This document shows, one piece after another, positions 11,901 through 24,800 of a DNA stretch of 64,000 bases. The position numbers were made by a program, and so were the translations under genes. Numbering within the stretch: the stretch's first letter is position 1; each line of letters opens with the position of its first letter. Under the pieces are notes generated by a model. That model saw only the letters and a program-made list of their open reading frames with translations. It did no database searches and was not told the origin of the DNA. The stretch comes from Amphiscolops sp. MND2022 (Eukaryota): assembly GCA_964187785.1 (NCBI GenBank), contig OZ076409.1, positions 81,532,001 to 81,596,000 of the forward strand, given 5' to 3'.

Positions 11901-14238
11901 CGCAAAATTGGGACGCTTTTATAGGAAAACATAATAAATTGAACGCATGAAGTTTTTACCTAAAACTACTTTCGTATGTTTTCTCCATCATCTCCGTGTG
12001 CTCGGCAAGAGTCTTCGGCGAAAGAGCGCAGGTTCTAGACGAAGCCGCACTTGTGAGTCGTGCCCGGCTACCTCGGCCGCTCCGTTTGTTGAGAGCTTCG
12101 CAGTGCATCTCGTCCAACGAAGAGAAAGCGTAGTTCGTGCACCAATTAGAAGCGAAACCACTCGGCTGGCTAGGAACTCCGAAGGTATCGTTTTTACTGC
12201 TGTTTTTGATAGACTTTCGAGGATCTGAAATTATGTTTGCCCATAAACAATGATTTGCAGTGACTTTGAAAACACACAAAATGAGTTTGTTTTGATAATT
12301 AGAAGAAAATATTAGCTGAATTGTAATTCAATTCCATTGAAAATGTGTACCGTTATAGTTGTAAAGTGATTTTGTAAAAACTAAAACTAATATTGAAACG
12401 GCTAACTCCTGTTCGACAAATTATTCTTTTCGCAATACATTCCAGATTTACGAGTTTCTGCTTTCTTTTAATTTTCTTTCAATTACCAAATACCGTTGTT
12501 TTCAACTTTTTCTCATTTCTTCAACTCGATCCAAAGTGAAAAAAACGTCTAAATGTATTCAAAAATTATGAATGAGATAAGGGTGGAATGAAAAATTGTA
12601 AAATTGCATTAGGGTATATATCTCACAGTTTACTTCAGTGGAACTTCTTTTTTTCACGTTCGCTTGGGTAATATATCATATACAAAGCTGGACATGAAAT
12701 CAACTGTTTTAAAATTCATTTTTTTGTTTCTTAATTGTCAAAACAGCTTCTTTTTTGAAATTCAACAAGAAAAGTTGAAAATTATGCCGAGGTCTTTCTT
12801 ATTGTCTCATACTCCGTTTGTTGTTCTTAAAACATGACTTTGGTAACTCTACGTTTTTTCTGTTTCCATATTCAAGTATCAAAAATCCTATTCATACTGA
12901 AGCATCAAGATCAAAATTTCCAATGAAATTAATAGGTAAATTCAACAAAGTTTTTGCGAGAAGCTAAATCAAAACCGCCTCAGTCACAAAACTAACATCT
13001 TCAAACATGTCAATAGTATGCAGAACAATGTGTCAGAAAACTCAAATTTGGAGCAGTACGCTGATGATACTTTTGTCTTTGTTGCAGCGAAGTGTATTAA
13101 TACTCGAATTGCTAACCTTGAAAGAATTTTGGAAAAACTAATTGATTTCTTCGTATCACATAACATAAGCGCTGAAAAACAGAATTTATTGTCTTTTGTT
13201 AACCAGCGAAAAACACTTCGATCGAAAAGATTAATTTGCAAGTTCACAGTCATTCTGTTAAACAAAAAGAGTGTGTAAAATACCTTGGCGTACATTTAGA
13301 TCAAAACCTTAACTATCAGAACGAGGTGAAGCATATTTTACGAAAAATGGCCTGCGGTATCAAGACAATTTACTGTGTTCGTGATTTTTTACCAACAAAA
13401 ACTAAGATACTGTTACTAAATGCCCTTGTCATCAGCCACTTGCATTACTCTTCTGTACCCTTAAACGGCATTTCTCAAAGCCTAATTTTGACTCTGGAAA
13501 AACAAAATAAATTGGGGAATCAAATCATGCTTTAATAGATGTAAAATGGGTTCAGCACACGATCTTCGGGTACAATATCGAATTTCATCGGTTGGTCATT
13601 TGCTTTATCTGAAAGCCATTTTATTTTTCTGGAAATGGAAATACAATCTTTCGGCTGCTTTCTCACAGCTTCAAATCGCCACTGCAAATCTTAAAACACA
13701 TGAAAGAACACGCAATTTAACCTATCATGGTTTTGCCATTAACGAGCAGCTGAAAAACAGCCTCTTCAAGAGATTAGTACCATTGTGGAACCTGAAAATC
13801 TAAAAAAGGGGAATCAGACGTATGAAAATGTTAAAGTGAGGTTGAAAACGTTTTTTATATGAAATTTGTCAATGACATCGATAGACCTCAATATAGTGTC
13901 AGATAGGTTGGAGTGAATATCGTTTCAAGTAGTCAAATGCTAATGTTCAATGATTGTCTTCATAAAATATTTTCTTATGTTTAATGTAATTTTTAATTAA
14001 TACGTTTAATACTGCCCTTCATATATATTTACACTTTAGATATTTTATATAAAGAAATACAGTGTTTTCTTTTTTAATAGAAGAGAAAATTGACAAGGGT
14101 TAGGTTACTGAGAAAAATTACACAATGTACGACCATCATTACATTTCCGTTTGCTGGCGGCTCATTTGAGTAAGCTCCCCAGATAAAACTTGTTGGTAAT
14201 CGTCGCGCCTAGGATCTTGCTAGTTCGTTGCGGCATAT
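8903..14238. mobile_element. Possible decayed TIR DNA element
   Basis: ATTTGCCGCACCGAACTAGCAAGATC (8903-8928) and GATCTTGCTAGTTCGTTGCGGCATAT (14213-14238) are inverted matches at 24/26. No TSD or transposase was recognised. Confidence 0.4.
13018..14190 (+). mobile_element. 5'-truncated, frameshifted LINE (CR1/L2-group-like) 3' end of the reverse transcriptase ORF
   Basis: QYADDT, VKYLGVHLDQNL and KILLLNALVISHLHY occur across ORFs 13018-13278, 13236-13535 and 13546-13803, followed by an AT-rich 3' UTR. Confidence 0.85.
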
Positions 14239-17159
14239 GTATCGTAATGCACTAAAGAATTTCAAGAATCTTTAAAAAAATTTCTTTCTAAATCGTCTTG
14301 AACTGTCAAAATACTAAAAAAAGAACTACTGAAGCTTCTCGTAAGTCCCAACTTAATTAAAAACTATAGAGATAATAAAAAAACCTTAATTAAAAAGAGG
14401 AAACAAGATTTTTAAAACAATTTTTATCTCAATCAGAATTGAAGAAGAGAAGGCAGCAAGGAACGCGATATCATGGATCCGCCCTTTCCTTCTAAAACGA
14501 CATTCACTTGTTCCTGTCTGAAATTTGATCATAAAACTGTGAAGCTTCAGACATGCATTGTGAAAAATAATCTTTTGATTCAGTGACGGCATGCAAAAAC
14601 TAGGCCAGATGTTCTATTCCGACTGATGCTTCTCGTTGCAGCGTGATAAACCAAGCATTGATAAACCAAGAGATACAACAGCGTCTGAAACAAAAATCTA
14701 GACACAAAAGATTTCGTCAAAAATTATCAGCAACGCTGAATTGTCTATGTGCGTTTTGATTATTTCGATGTTTTCTTGTTTTACTGACAGTTGTCAAAAC
14801 AAGCTGTGTAGAAACTCCGTTCTTTTTTGAACAAAATTTTTTTACGTCAATCGTTCAGTTCAATACGTTTGCAATGTTTTACACGCTTCAAAATTCTAGT
14901 GGCCGTTTTTTTTACCTCCGTTAAACGCAAGTTGATGTAATTAATTTTTCATGTTCTCTCTCGAACGTACAGTGGGAGGCCGTGCTGTATTCAAAACAAG
15001 TGCTTTCGGCCTAACAGATGCAAACATTGATTCAAGTTTTTCCTCTGCTCTAAATTTGAAGCTTCCGTCATCAAAACGCGAATTCTGAAACGTTTGAAGC
15101 CGAAGTGATTGAAATAAGCTGTAGTCAATTATTGAACCACGTTCCTTCCTTCCTGGAGTTTACTGACTTGGGACAAAAGTGAAGCAAAGAAACGTAAATA
15201 TTTTAAAAGCTGCTACAAAGTCAGAACTTGGAAATGCAGCTGCAATTTAGAAAGTAGTCAAGAGAGGCGATAAAAAAATTGAACTGCTAGTGAAAAATGG
15301 GACGGACTTAGTATCAGAGGAAATTGAGAAAGCAAAGGAAGATCCGGTCGACTTCTGTGTAACTGGAAATTTAATAATTCTGTCCAGCATAGAGCGTGCA
15401 TAGAAGGGAATCATTCCCACCTCAAAAAGTATAGTCTAGTCGTTTTTTGTGTGTTTTGAATTCATTTTTTTCAAATGTAAAAATGCCAAAAAATGCCATT
15501 GTAAAAAATGTAAAAATTAATGTAAGAAATATGCAAACTCATAGAAAATTTTGGTTTTCAAGCACAAAATTGATTAGTTGTGGAAAATATTCGAGAAAAA
15601 AGTTGGATGATATGAACTCAAGCGATAGCACAATCCAAATAAAGTTTCAGAGCCTGAACTGGCTTTAAAGACCTACATGCAACGTTTCAAATAGTTTTAT
15701 TCTCGAACTGTTGGAAATTGTTTTCTTCGGGGCCCGAATAATTGCAAAAATAACGTAGATCTACACTAAGGGTCTAAAGGTACCACTCCAGGCGGAAATA
15801 GAAATATATGGAAGGGGAAAATCATATTCTTAGTTTTCAGCGCACTTCTCCGTGATTCTGATTTTTCTAGATACTTTTGAGATCGAGTCAATGAAAATAT
15901 AGATGCGAAATAATAGAAACGAATTCAGTTTTAACACAATTTAGCGCAAATAAATTGACCGTTGAAATACTTGATCATGATTGCAATTTTGCAAATAGTC
16001 TTTCTGGAATTCATTTAAGGAGTGTGGATTTTAAAATGTGGACGAGATGTTAGGAGACTCGGCATGAGGTGCTTTTCGAAATCCAACCGAGCGTGAGATC
16101 AGTAACCAGATTGTACCATATAAGGTCATAAAATGACCAGAATTTACAACCAGTGGAGACAAAACAAAAGAACCAGAAAATCAGCGTTTTGAACTCACTT
16201 TGAATCAATTTAAAAGATGATAAAAGGTCGTCGATCAAAGAGCTTGCATCTAATGCACAGAATTTTGAATGTTTCGAATGAAATATGAATTTACAATTAT
16301 ATACCACAATCATTAGAGTCCGATTAGGATTTTTAAAAAGCGCTTCTCGTTTCTCTTAAAAACAGTTTCTCATCCTGAACTGACTATTTTTAATTGCCGA
16401 TTGTACCAATAAAATCTATTTTGGGAGCACAATATGTATCCTGAAATGGCGAAATACATTCATTCGCGGACTTGTGCAACCCAAATTTATTTTCGGACTT
16501 GTGCAACCCAATTTTTTTCGGATTTGTGAATAACCGCCGTTTATTCTTGCTTCAACAAAGCTCTTGAAATTCTTGATGGGAATCTCGGTAAGAGTGTCAA
16601 GAAAATGAAGCAACAATTTTGTTTACAATTAGTTCGCTATTGTTCGCACTATTAGCTACACTTTCATTTTTTGAAGCGTTGGTTATATGAAGAGCGTGGA
16701 CAACTCAAAGTATTAAAATTCAGGCCATGATAGCTTGGTTGGTTGCGTGAACTGCTGTGGTATAATAGGTACGCTGATCAAGCCGAAGTTGGCGTGGGGT
16801 TTTGGTTTGTTTCATTCACTTTTGTCAGTTTTTCTGTTGAATTCTTGACAAGATTTTGCAAGATTGTACGTACACTTGGCGCTCTTGATAAGAATCTTGC
16901 CAAGATTCCTACCAAGGGTTTCACGAAAAGGAAATATTCTTATTCTTCAAGAAATTTCACACTGGCTCATACTCTCCTGAACACTTTTGTAAAAAAAAGT
17001 ATTAAAAATTTTCGAAAATTTTTATGATATTTGTAAACTTGTAAACCACGCACATTTCACAACACGTTCATATCACTCCACGTTCGTTTCACGTCAAATG
17101 TCTCACCTCAGTTAAGCGAAGAACAACTAAACTTTTAATGTCTAAGTTTTTTCTTGGAA

Positions 17160-17730
17160 TTTGTCCCAAAAAGTTCTGGGGAAAAAGTCGCACAGTGTCA
17201 CATTTATCCAAAGGTGTAACCCCTCAGGCTAGAAAAAAAGCGTTTTATTAACTAAAAACATGGAAAAAACCGAAGCAGAGAACCTCTAGTGAAAAAATAG
17301 CTTCGTAAAAACTCGTAAAGAGCCGAAAAGGTCTTTTATCCTACAAAGGAGACCTTTAACCGAAGGAGTCACATTAGGACAGCGAAAAATCCTAAGAAAA
17401 AACAAAAAGTGATTTTTTAATCGAAAATTTTTTGTAAGTCGCACAGTGCCGAAAACCTTGAGACAGGCCTCATTGCTCGCAAAACGCTTTCTTCCTGTGG
17501 AACTCAATGCGGGTGCTTCGGTTTCAAAAAAAATCTGGATAAAAGTCGCACAGTGACGGAAGACCCCAGATGAAACCCTTTGATCTTTCCTCTACCTTTG
17601 CAAGTATAGAAAGTTTAGTTTAGTGTAAGACTGAAACCCACGTACTCATACTTCTCAGATCTCATCACCAGGCCTGGAAATCCGCGTTAACCTCCCGGCC
17701 AAGCGAAGTCAAGTTGTAGAAGTTATAGGA
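17160..17730. repeat. Interspersed repeat with AAGTCGCACAGTG subrepeats and a tRNA-like segment
   Basis: AGTCGCACAGTG occurs at ~17186, ~17437 and ~17543. The tRNA-like A/B boxes on the minus strand at 17624-17702 are homologous to 8612-8697. Confidence 0.55.
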
Positions 17731-18190
17731 GAAAGTGGTGGAGGAAATAATATTTCCGCTTAAAACTAAGATTTTTGGTTCCCCAGAAAACGGAAAATAA
17801 AAATATGCATGGTTATCAAGACTCAATTGAAAATGCGTGTGCATGCGTTTCCATGCATGGAGCCATATCGTTGCAAGCCTGGAGTTGCATGGAACCATTA
17901 CACATTTCATGGAAAATTGTGATAGTTATAAGTACAATATCGATGATTGTTTCCAATGATTATAAAATTGAACTTGTCTTTGTGGAAACAGCTAGTACTC
18001 AGTGAGAATCTGTCTTTTACTAGGGAACAAGTCACAATTTTACAATTTTCATTGGTGAAACAGTTAACGATACATACTCATGAAAAACATATTTATCCGG
18101 AGTACCAAGGAAAACAGGTTTTTTCATCGGGTGAATTATAGTAATTGTGGAACCCAATTATTACTGATTTAGAAGAAAGGAACAAAAAAT

Positions 18191-18538
18191 TTAAGTTAAA
18201 TCACTTGCCGTTAAATCTAATAACTGCCTACTTTTATTGTTGGCTATTTTGTTGAGGGTGAGCATAGGCACACTCTGACTCAGCTTGTACTTCTTGTCCC
18301 ACTCGCCCTCCTCGCCGGCCCATTCGGGGGTAGTGAGTCGTCTGCTCCTGCTTCTCACCCTCCTCCCCCCTCCTCCTCCCCCCACACCCCCGCCCCCGTT
18401 GAGGGATCCCTTCATGTACAGATTGGAGTACTTCTTGGAGTACAGCACCAGGGTCGGTTTCTCGAACTCATCGTGCGTGGCGGGGGGCGCGGGGTACAAA
18501 GCTGCTGAGGTGTAGCTCCGGTTTAGGCGGGGTAGCAT
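18191..18538 (-). CDS. Possible exon or gene fragment (Gly-run, Arg/Ser-rich), unknown product
   Basis: GC-rich island in AT-rich DNA with a 115-codon open frame and GC-rich third positions. No family motif was recognised. Confidence 0.3.
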   Translation of the reverse strand: MLPRLNRSYTSAALYPAPPATHDEFEKPTLVLYSKKYSNLYMKGSLNGGGGVGGGGGGRRVRSRSRRLTTPEWAGEEGEWDKKYKLSQSVPMLTLNKIANNKSRQLLDLTASDLT

Positions 18539-18730
18539 TCAGGGCACACGGGATTTCAACCCAGAGAGGCAAAACTCTTGCTTTAATTAAACGTTGCATA
18601 CGTTTCAAAAATCGAAGTTTTTTCCTCAATGCGATCCTAAATTTTACTCGAAATCGAGGCATGATCATAGGTATTAAGGACACAATTACAAACTTTTTGA
18701 GATTTTTTTTTTGAAATCAGGCCAACTTTT

Positions 18731-19653
18731 GGACCATGTGTTCAATTCCCCAGTCCCCCCCCCCCCCCCCCCCAGGTACACCTTGTTGTGAATCCCAACC
18801 CCCCCCCCCCCCAACACGAAAGCACATTTTGTTCTTGAATAAAAATATTTCACGAGTAAGAGAATATTATATGAATGAATGTATATACTTAGAGGGTTGC
18901 CTCTACAGCTGTTTGGACACTTCCGGTAAAAAAATTACCAAAATTTTTTGATATTAATGTCCAAAATAGCAGAAATTCACGTTTTAAACAAGCTAAATTC
19001 GTATAAAAAGGCCCCGATTTCAGCGCAAATTTTGTCCGCTATAAAATCTAATGAGCAACTTTGGGGAATTCCCACACAGCAGAAGTCTCAAACAGCAGAA
19101 AATGAAAATTCGGTCCCATTCAGCAGAATATTTCTTTATGCTGCAATCTGATTGGCTGAAATTTCAAATCGAATTGAATTCACTATGATGAAAACGCGTG
19201 TCAGATTTTGTCGGAATTATTATTATAACGTAGTCAGATATGTTCACATACCCCTAGTGCCCTAAATGCAGGAGCGAAGCGAAGCGGAGCGACGTGCCAT
19301 ATGGCCATGCCTCAATGTTGCTACTTGGCGAAGGGAGCGAAGCGACCGAGCCATACAACAAATATGCAAACCTTTTCAAATAAATCAAGTTTCTACATAC
19401 TGGCTGTAACAACACTAAAAGCTAGTAATTTGAATTCTGCTGTATGGGACCGAATTTTCATTTTCTGCTGTATGAATAGGCCCCGCAACTTTTAACTGAC
19501 AGTCAATGAAATGGATAGGATTATGTCGACATCAATTATTCTATTGAACCAAAATTCCAACGCGCAAACGATGTCGACATAATGGTATTTGAACATTTTC
19601 TCTTATTTTCCCCCGCCGCAGTTTGGGGGGGGGGGGAATTGAACACATGGTCC
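18731..19653. mobile_element. MITE with G/C-run TIRs
   Basis: GGACCATGTGTTCAATTCCCC ... GGGGAATTGAACACATGGTCC. Flanks CAACTTTT / AAACTTTT give a 7/8 TSD-like match. Confidence 0.8.
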
Positions 19654-21899
19654 AAACTTTTTATTCCCGCTTTTTTTTTCAGCGAGTTTAGGCACTAGTC
19701 AAAATTTTCAAGACCAAATGTCCAAGATGTCAAAAACTTTTTTTAAAAAATACAACAACTATGCAACCTTGATTAGAGTATTGTGAAGGAGAATAAAAGA
19801 GAATGAATTAATTGATAGAATAAGCCATGTATATACCGTGCAAAACACGGAGCGACTTGTGGAAGCTGACAATGGGGCAAGACTTTGAATTTTTGGAGAG
19901 GAATTCGAATTAAAAAATCGAGCTGAGAACTACTCGACCTGCGTGTGCAGTGAAGAGAAAAGTTTACACGAATTCGTAAATCATGTTTTAGAGCACTGCT
20001 TTAAAAAGCACGGCTTGAGCACTGACAAAATGTAAGTGCAATTGTGCTCACTACAAAACTGTGAGCTTAATCTCTAAACATGCTAGTTTATTTGTATTAA
20101 TAATTCGTGTAGTTGAGAATAACAAACTTCAGTATCAAGCGATAGTTCAATTGGACGGCTAAAACACGAATTTATTTACGGGTAATTAATTTCAAATTTT
20201 TTCGCTGTTCTTGAGAGAAAAAATTACACAACAGTTTGTTCAAAAGTGCAAGCTTTGTGCAGTAAAAATAACGATCAGTTTTCCATAATGGTAATTCCAA
20301 ATTTGGTAAGTTATGTAGGTCAAATATATGTTTGCGTATTTTTGGAGCGAAGCTGAATATATTAGTATTGGCAGAAATAGTATTTTTAAATTAGTTTTCC
20401 ACAATTGTAGAGGCAGCGACGAATGCTCGCTGGGAGCTGTATTTTGACAGTCTTTAATAAATTGATAAGCTTGCCTAGCACCTGCCGCTGCAAAGCTTGT
20501 TTTTCTTGCGTCTCGTTGAAAGAGAGCGATTCAATGCTGAAACGTCATTGCAGCGATATCTTAACAAAAGCATGAAACGCCTAATCGAAATGTTATTTCT
20601 TCAAGACGCCCAATTTTGTGAATTATCCATGGAAACAAATATGATTAAGAGAAAATGATATTTTAATGTTGCTTCAACAACGAAGATTATCGATTGCTTT
20701 TACGATTTTACGGATTATAAATTTGAGTCTAACTCACGTCAACAGAGCGCGATCAAAATATGTTGAAATAGACGAAAACCTGCGCTTGAAAGACCCAGGT
20801 TTCACAGCTGATGTTTAAGTCTGACATTTTTGACTTTTGACCTTCATTTGAAGAATATAATGCTATAAGATTAATCAAGCCCTGGAATTTGCAAGTGTCT
20901 CAGAAAATGGAGACTGAAAAAACTAACGAAAATCTTAAAACTAGGAATAATCTTCTAATCCTCCGTTTTCTTAACATTGCTGCTGATTTTCTTGTCCTGT
21001 AGAAACATGGCGAAATTAGCTACAAAAAAGTGGACCAAAATGCAACAGTCAACAATTTTGACATTAATGGCTCTACCAAAAATGCAGACAAATACTGTTG
21101 ATTTTGAGAATCTTTGGGGTTGAGCCTTCGTTTACCAACTTGAAAAACTTGGGAGCACGTTTCAAAGATTTGCACAAAGGTTTTAAAATTTTGATGTTTC
21201 GTCTTCCGGATCACGCACATGGCATTCATATCAAAGTAGGATTTTGTTTCAATCAAACCAAATGTTTCAATCTTAGCCATTATAGTGCAACGATTAATGA
21301 GCCCTACAATTACAGGTTTATTGACACGATCGATTTCCATCACAAGGTCTGTGTTACAACTTGAGTAACCGCACACATATTAACGACTTTCTTGTTCAAC
21401 TGAGTTTCCTCTTCATCTTATTGAATTTGACCTTGTAGTACCAGCAGGAATTTTTCTGGTGCAAAGTAGCACGAATCCTAAGATGATTTTCATGTTTTAT
21501 ACGATTGTAGAACTGAACTGAACTGAACGGAACATCAACTTGTTTTTTTTTCAAGTTTATAACATTCATGTTTTTCCATCCATTGTCAATATTGTAGGAT
21601 TTCACAGGAGGTTTCGCGATTGCAAAAAAATCAAAACTTTTCCATTTCGTTACTGACACGATCCCTATGCGTTCACCCTGTTGTATCTTATGGAATACGA
21701 TAAAGAAATAGTTTTGAGCTGAATATTCTATTCTGTAAGTTATCCTGATAATACGTTAAGTGAAACGTTCAGCGTTAGATACAAAGAGAGTACTGGTGAC
21801 GGGTATTAAAATGTCAGTACTGTTATTTTTAAAACAAGAGAGAATGAGTTCATGATTGACGTCATATTCGCGCCTCATCCAACACAAATAATTACAATA

Positions 21900-24800
21900 A
21901 AAACGCTAAAACAACTCAAATTTCAAACGATTATATGATAAGCAACGAATGGTCACATTATTTTCTTTTGCTTTAGATACGGTTTTCACCGTGAAAAACT
22001 CTTCTTCTCTCATTGACAGTTGTTTGTTCGTCAGCGCTTTTCCGTCTACCAGTTGTTGTGGCTCGCCTGTTTTACTGGTGACTTTCTCCGTTCCATGTGT
22101 CAAGGGTGTTACCTGTGATAGTCAGAACGTAACCGGGTTACCGTTTCGATTAAATGATTTAGCTGATCTTAGTCTACATGGTTTTCGTATGTTTGGTTCG
22201 ATTTGGTTTTCGTTTATATTTACATTTTCTATCATTTCAGTTTTTATTGAATCAGTGTTACCGTTTCAATCTAGTCTCCTTGGATTTTCTGCCCTTCTTG
22301 ATATAGGGTTTCGAATGGTAGCATTTATTGGTTTACTCGCTCTTTTTCAATTTATTATTTTCTTTTTGTCCAATAAAGTCGTACGTTTTGTGCCAAGTAT
22401 CGCTACTTGAGGTTTCTTGTCATACGCAATTTCAAATTTATCTCTATACTGTCTTTACTCTAAGAATAGGAATGGGAAGTTTTTACCCGCATCTTCAGGT
22501 TCCTTCAGTTGCCTTGGTGCCATCATCAACAAATGACCGACCAGCCATTTCAGTTTGTGAAGGAAAACACTTGTAGCGTCTCCGGTTTTGCTGAAACAGC
22601 ATAATGTTTGTATGGTGATATCTTTAGGTAATTATGAAATTCCGTTCTTGCTTTTCCACCGTAGTTACAATCGAACGGTGTTTCTTTCTCACTTGAATGG
22701 GCCGTTGCTCTCATTATATTTAGTGGTCGTTTTTTAAAGACTCGTTTATATTGTATCCCTCTTCTCGATTCCTTCGTAGGTAGTCCTTCAACGTTTTAAT
22801 TCCACTTTCCATCAATCTTTTTGGTGTATGGGTATACAATTCTCCGTATAATAGTTTTATATTCAAAGATTTACCAAAATCTCTAAATTTTATCCAGCAG
22901 AAACTGTGCCTTTATCTGTTCTAATCGCTTGGGGCAATCAGTTCAAAGTAAGATATTGTTTCGTGAAGTTTTTCGCTGTTTTTCTTGTGGGCCCTTCGCA
23001 TATAAGACCTGCCGGCCATCTACTGTACCGGTAAATTGAGATTAGTATGATAAATCTCCAGTGCCTGATTCTTATTGGTCCAAAGAAATCCAATTGGATT
23101 TCTTGGTTTGTTTTCTCTACAGGTGGTTAACAATTAATCTCCCTTATCGGTCTTTGTGCTTCAATTTTCTTACCGGCCATTTTGCTTGAGAAGCACTCCT
23201 CGCAATTCTGCTGGATGTCTTCCGCGTTTCTGGGCACCAGAATGGTTTCGCCGCCGTGGTCATCTTGTTTTTTGCCGCGTGTTCTTTGTGCAAAATCATG
23301 ATGATTGTATTCCGTAGTGTTTCGGGTATTCTCATTCAGTCATCGTAAAATACTACGCTGAATCGTGTTGATTGTTGTTTGTGGTAGGGCTTGTAATCTT
23401 TGGGAATTTGTAGGCAAGACAGTGTCTTTAGTAGTTTTCCGTCGTTCACCGTCTCAGAGGGATTGTTTTCAGATCTGTTGTGAACTTTTGTTCCGCCTGT
23501 TTGATGGTTCCTTCTACATATCAGGTGTTGTTGTCTTGGATGTGGCTCGAATCTGAATGTAACGTACGCCTATTGCCCCAAATATCGTTGGATATTGATA
23601 GCTGACACACCGAATGAGTCGTTGAGCTGCTTGTTGATTAGGTTTCGAGTGTGTCTGGTGGTTTACCTATTTCTAGTGCTATTCCACTTATCACTAGTTG
23701 TTCGTCATATCTGTTCCGTGGCGTGTTTCTAATCATTTCTACAAGTCAGTCTAATTCTTCTTTTCTCAAAGTTCTTCCTCTGACTCCTTGTTCTGTTGTT
23801 CCATTCTATTCCAGATCATTCAGTTTCTTCTTTGAAATTGGCCGATTTTTTCTTGTAATTTCTGCTCGGTGAGAAACTGGTGGACTCCATTTGATGTTCT
23901 GTATTTTCCGGTTTCACAGTCCTTTCCAGAGGTTTGTTAGGTATTGTAGGTTCTCTGGTGGATCAGCCCTTTTGATTTGCTCTTTTCATCTTTTTCCATT
24001 GCTGTTGTCACTTGATCGAGTTGATCTTCGTCGGTGTTTACCTGTTCGACAGTGTTTAGATTTGGTAGTCGCGAAATGCGCTTCTTTTGTTTGTTCTCTT
24101 GTGATTTTGTTTCCTTCTTTTTACTCGCTTCTGTTTAGATTGTTTTTTGTTCATATTTCATACTGGCCATTCTGTTCCGTTCGCGCTTCTATTTTCTTTA
24201 GCCCGGCGACGCCGCCATATTGATGAACCCAACTAATGGCATTACGCAATTTATCATGTACACTTCGTCGTGATTTTCAATTGGTTCTGGCTTAGCCTTG
24301 CGCTCTAAGTTGTATTCAATCTGTTTCTTTTTATCAACGGTTTTAGTGCTTGGTGGGGGATTAATAATTTAATTGGGTTTCCGTAGATGTGTAATCTAGA
24401 ATATTCCAGTCCCCATACTACTACGAGTAGTTCTAGTTGGGTATTTCTTTTCTGTATGTGATAAAATCTGATGTCGAATCCAATCGGTTTCAAATTTCCA
24501 TGTTCTTGTTTTGCCACAGTGTTGCTCCTAGTTCTTCTGTACAGGCATCTGTTGTAATAATGTTTTCGTTTTGCGCATTACAGTGTGCTACCCTTCTTTA
24601 AGATTATGTTTGTTAGTCTGTCCATATCCATTCGTTTGTTTTTTAGCAGTGTTCTCAGTAGGTCGGTGTTTGCAGAAATGCTTTCGATGTATTAGGAGAG
24701 ACATTGTTTTGGTCCCATGATTGATTTTAGCTTTATCGTTCTTTGGAAAACTGAAAATTGTAAATGTTTCTAATTTGTCTTGTAGTGGTCGCATACCTTT

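Noticed and set aside
15720..16260. Harbinger transposase relic (LGDSA*, RIYNQW)
   Set aside because: Only two short motif-like pieces in stop-ridden sequence, which is not enough to call by eye.
19800..20800. hAT transposase relic (ATNARWELYFDSL)
   Set aside because: A single weak motif with no continuous frame.
21020..21830. C-terminal relic of an EnSpm-like transposase on the minus strand
   Set aside because: Vague resemblance only (QFYNRIK...NSCWYY); no catalytic motif was recovered.
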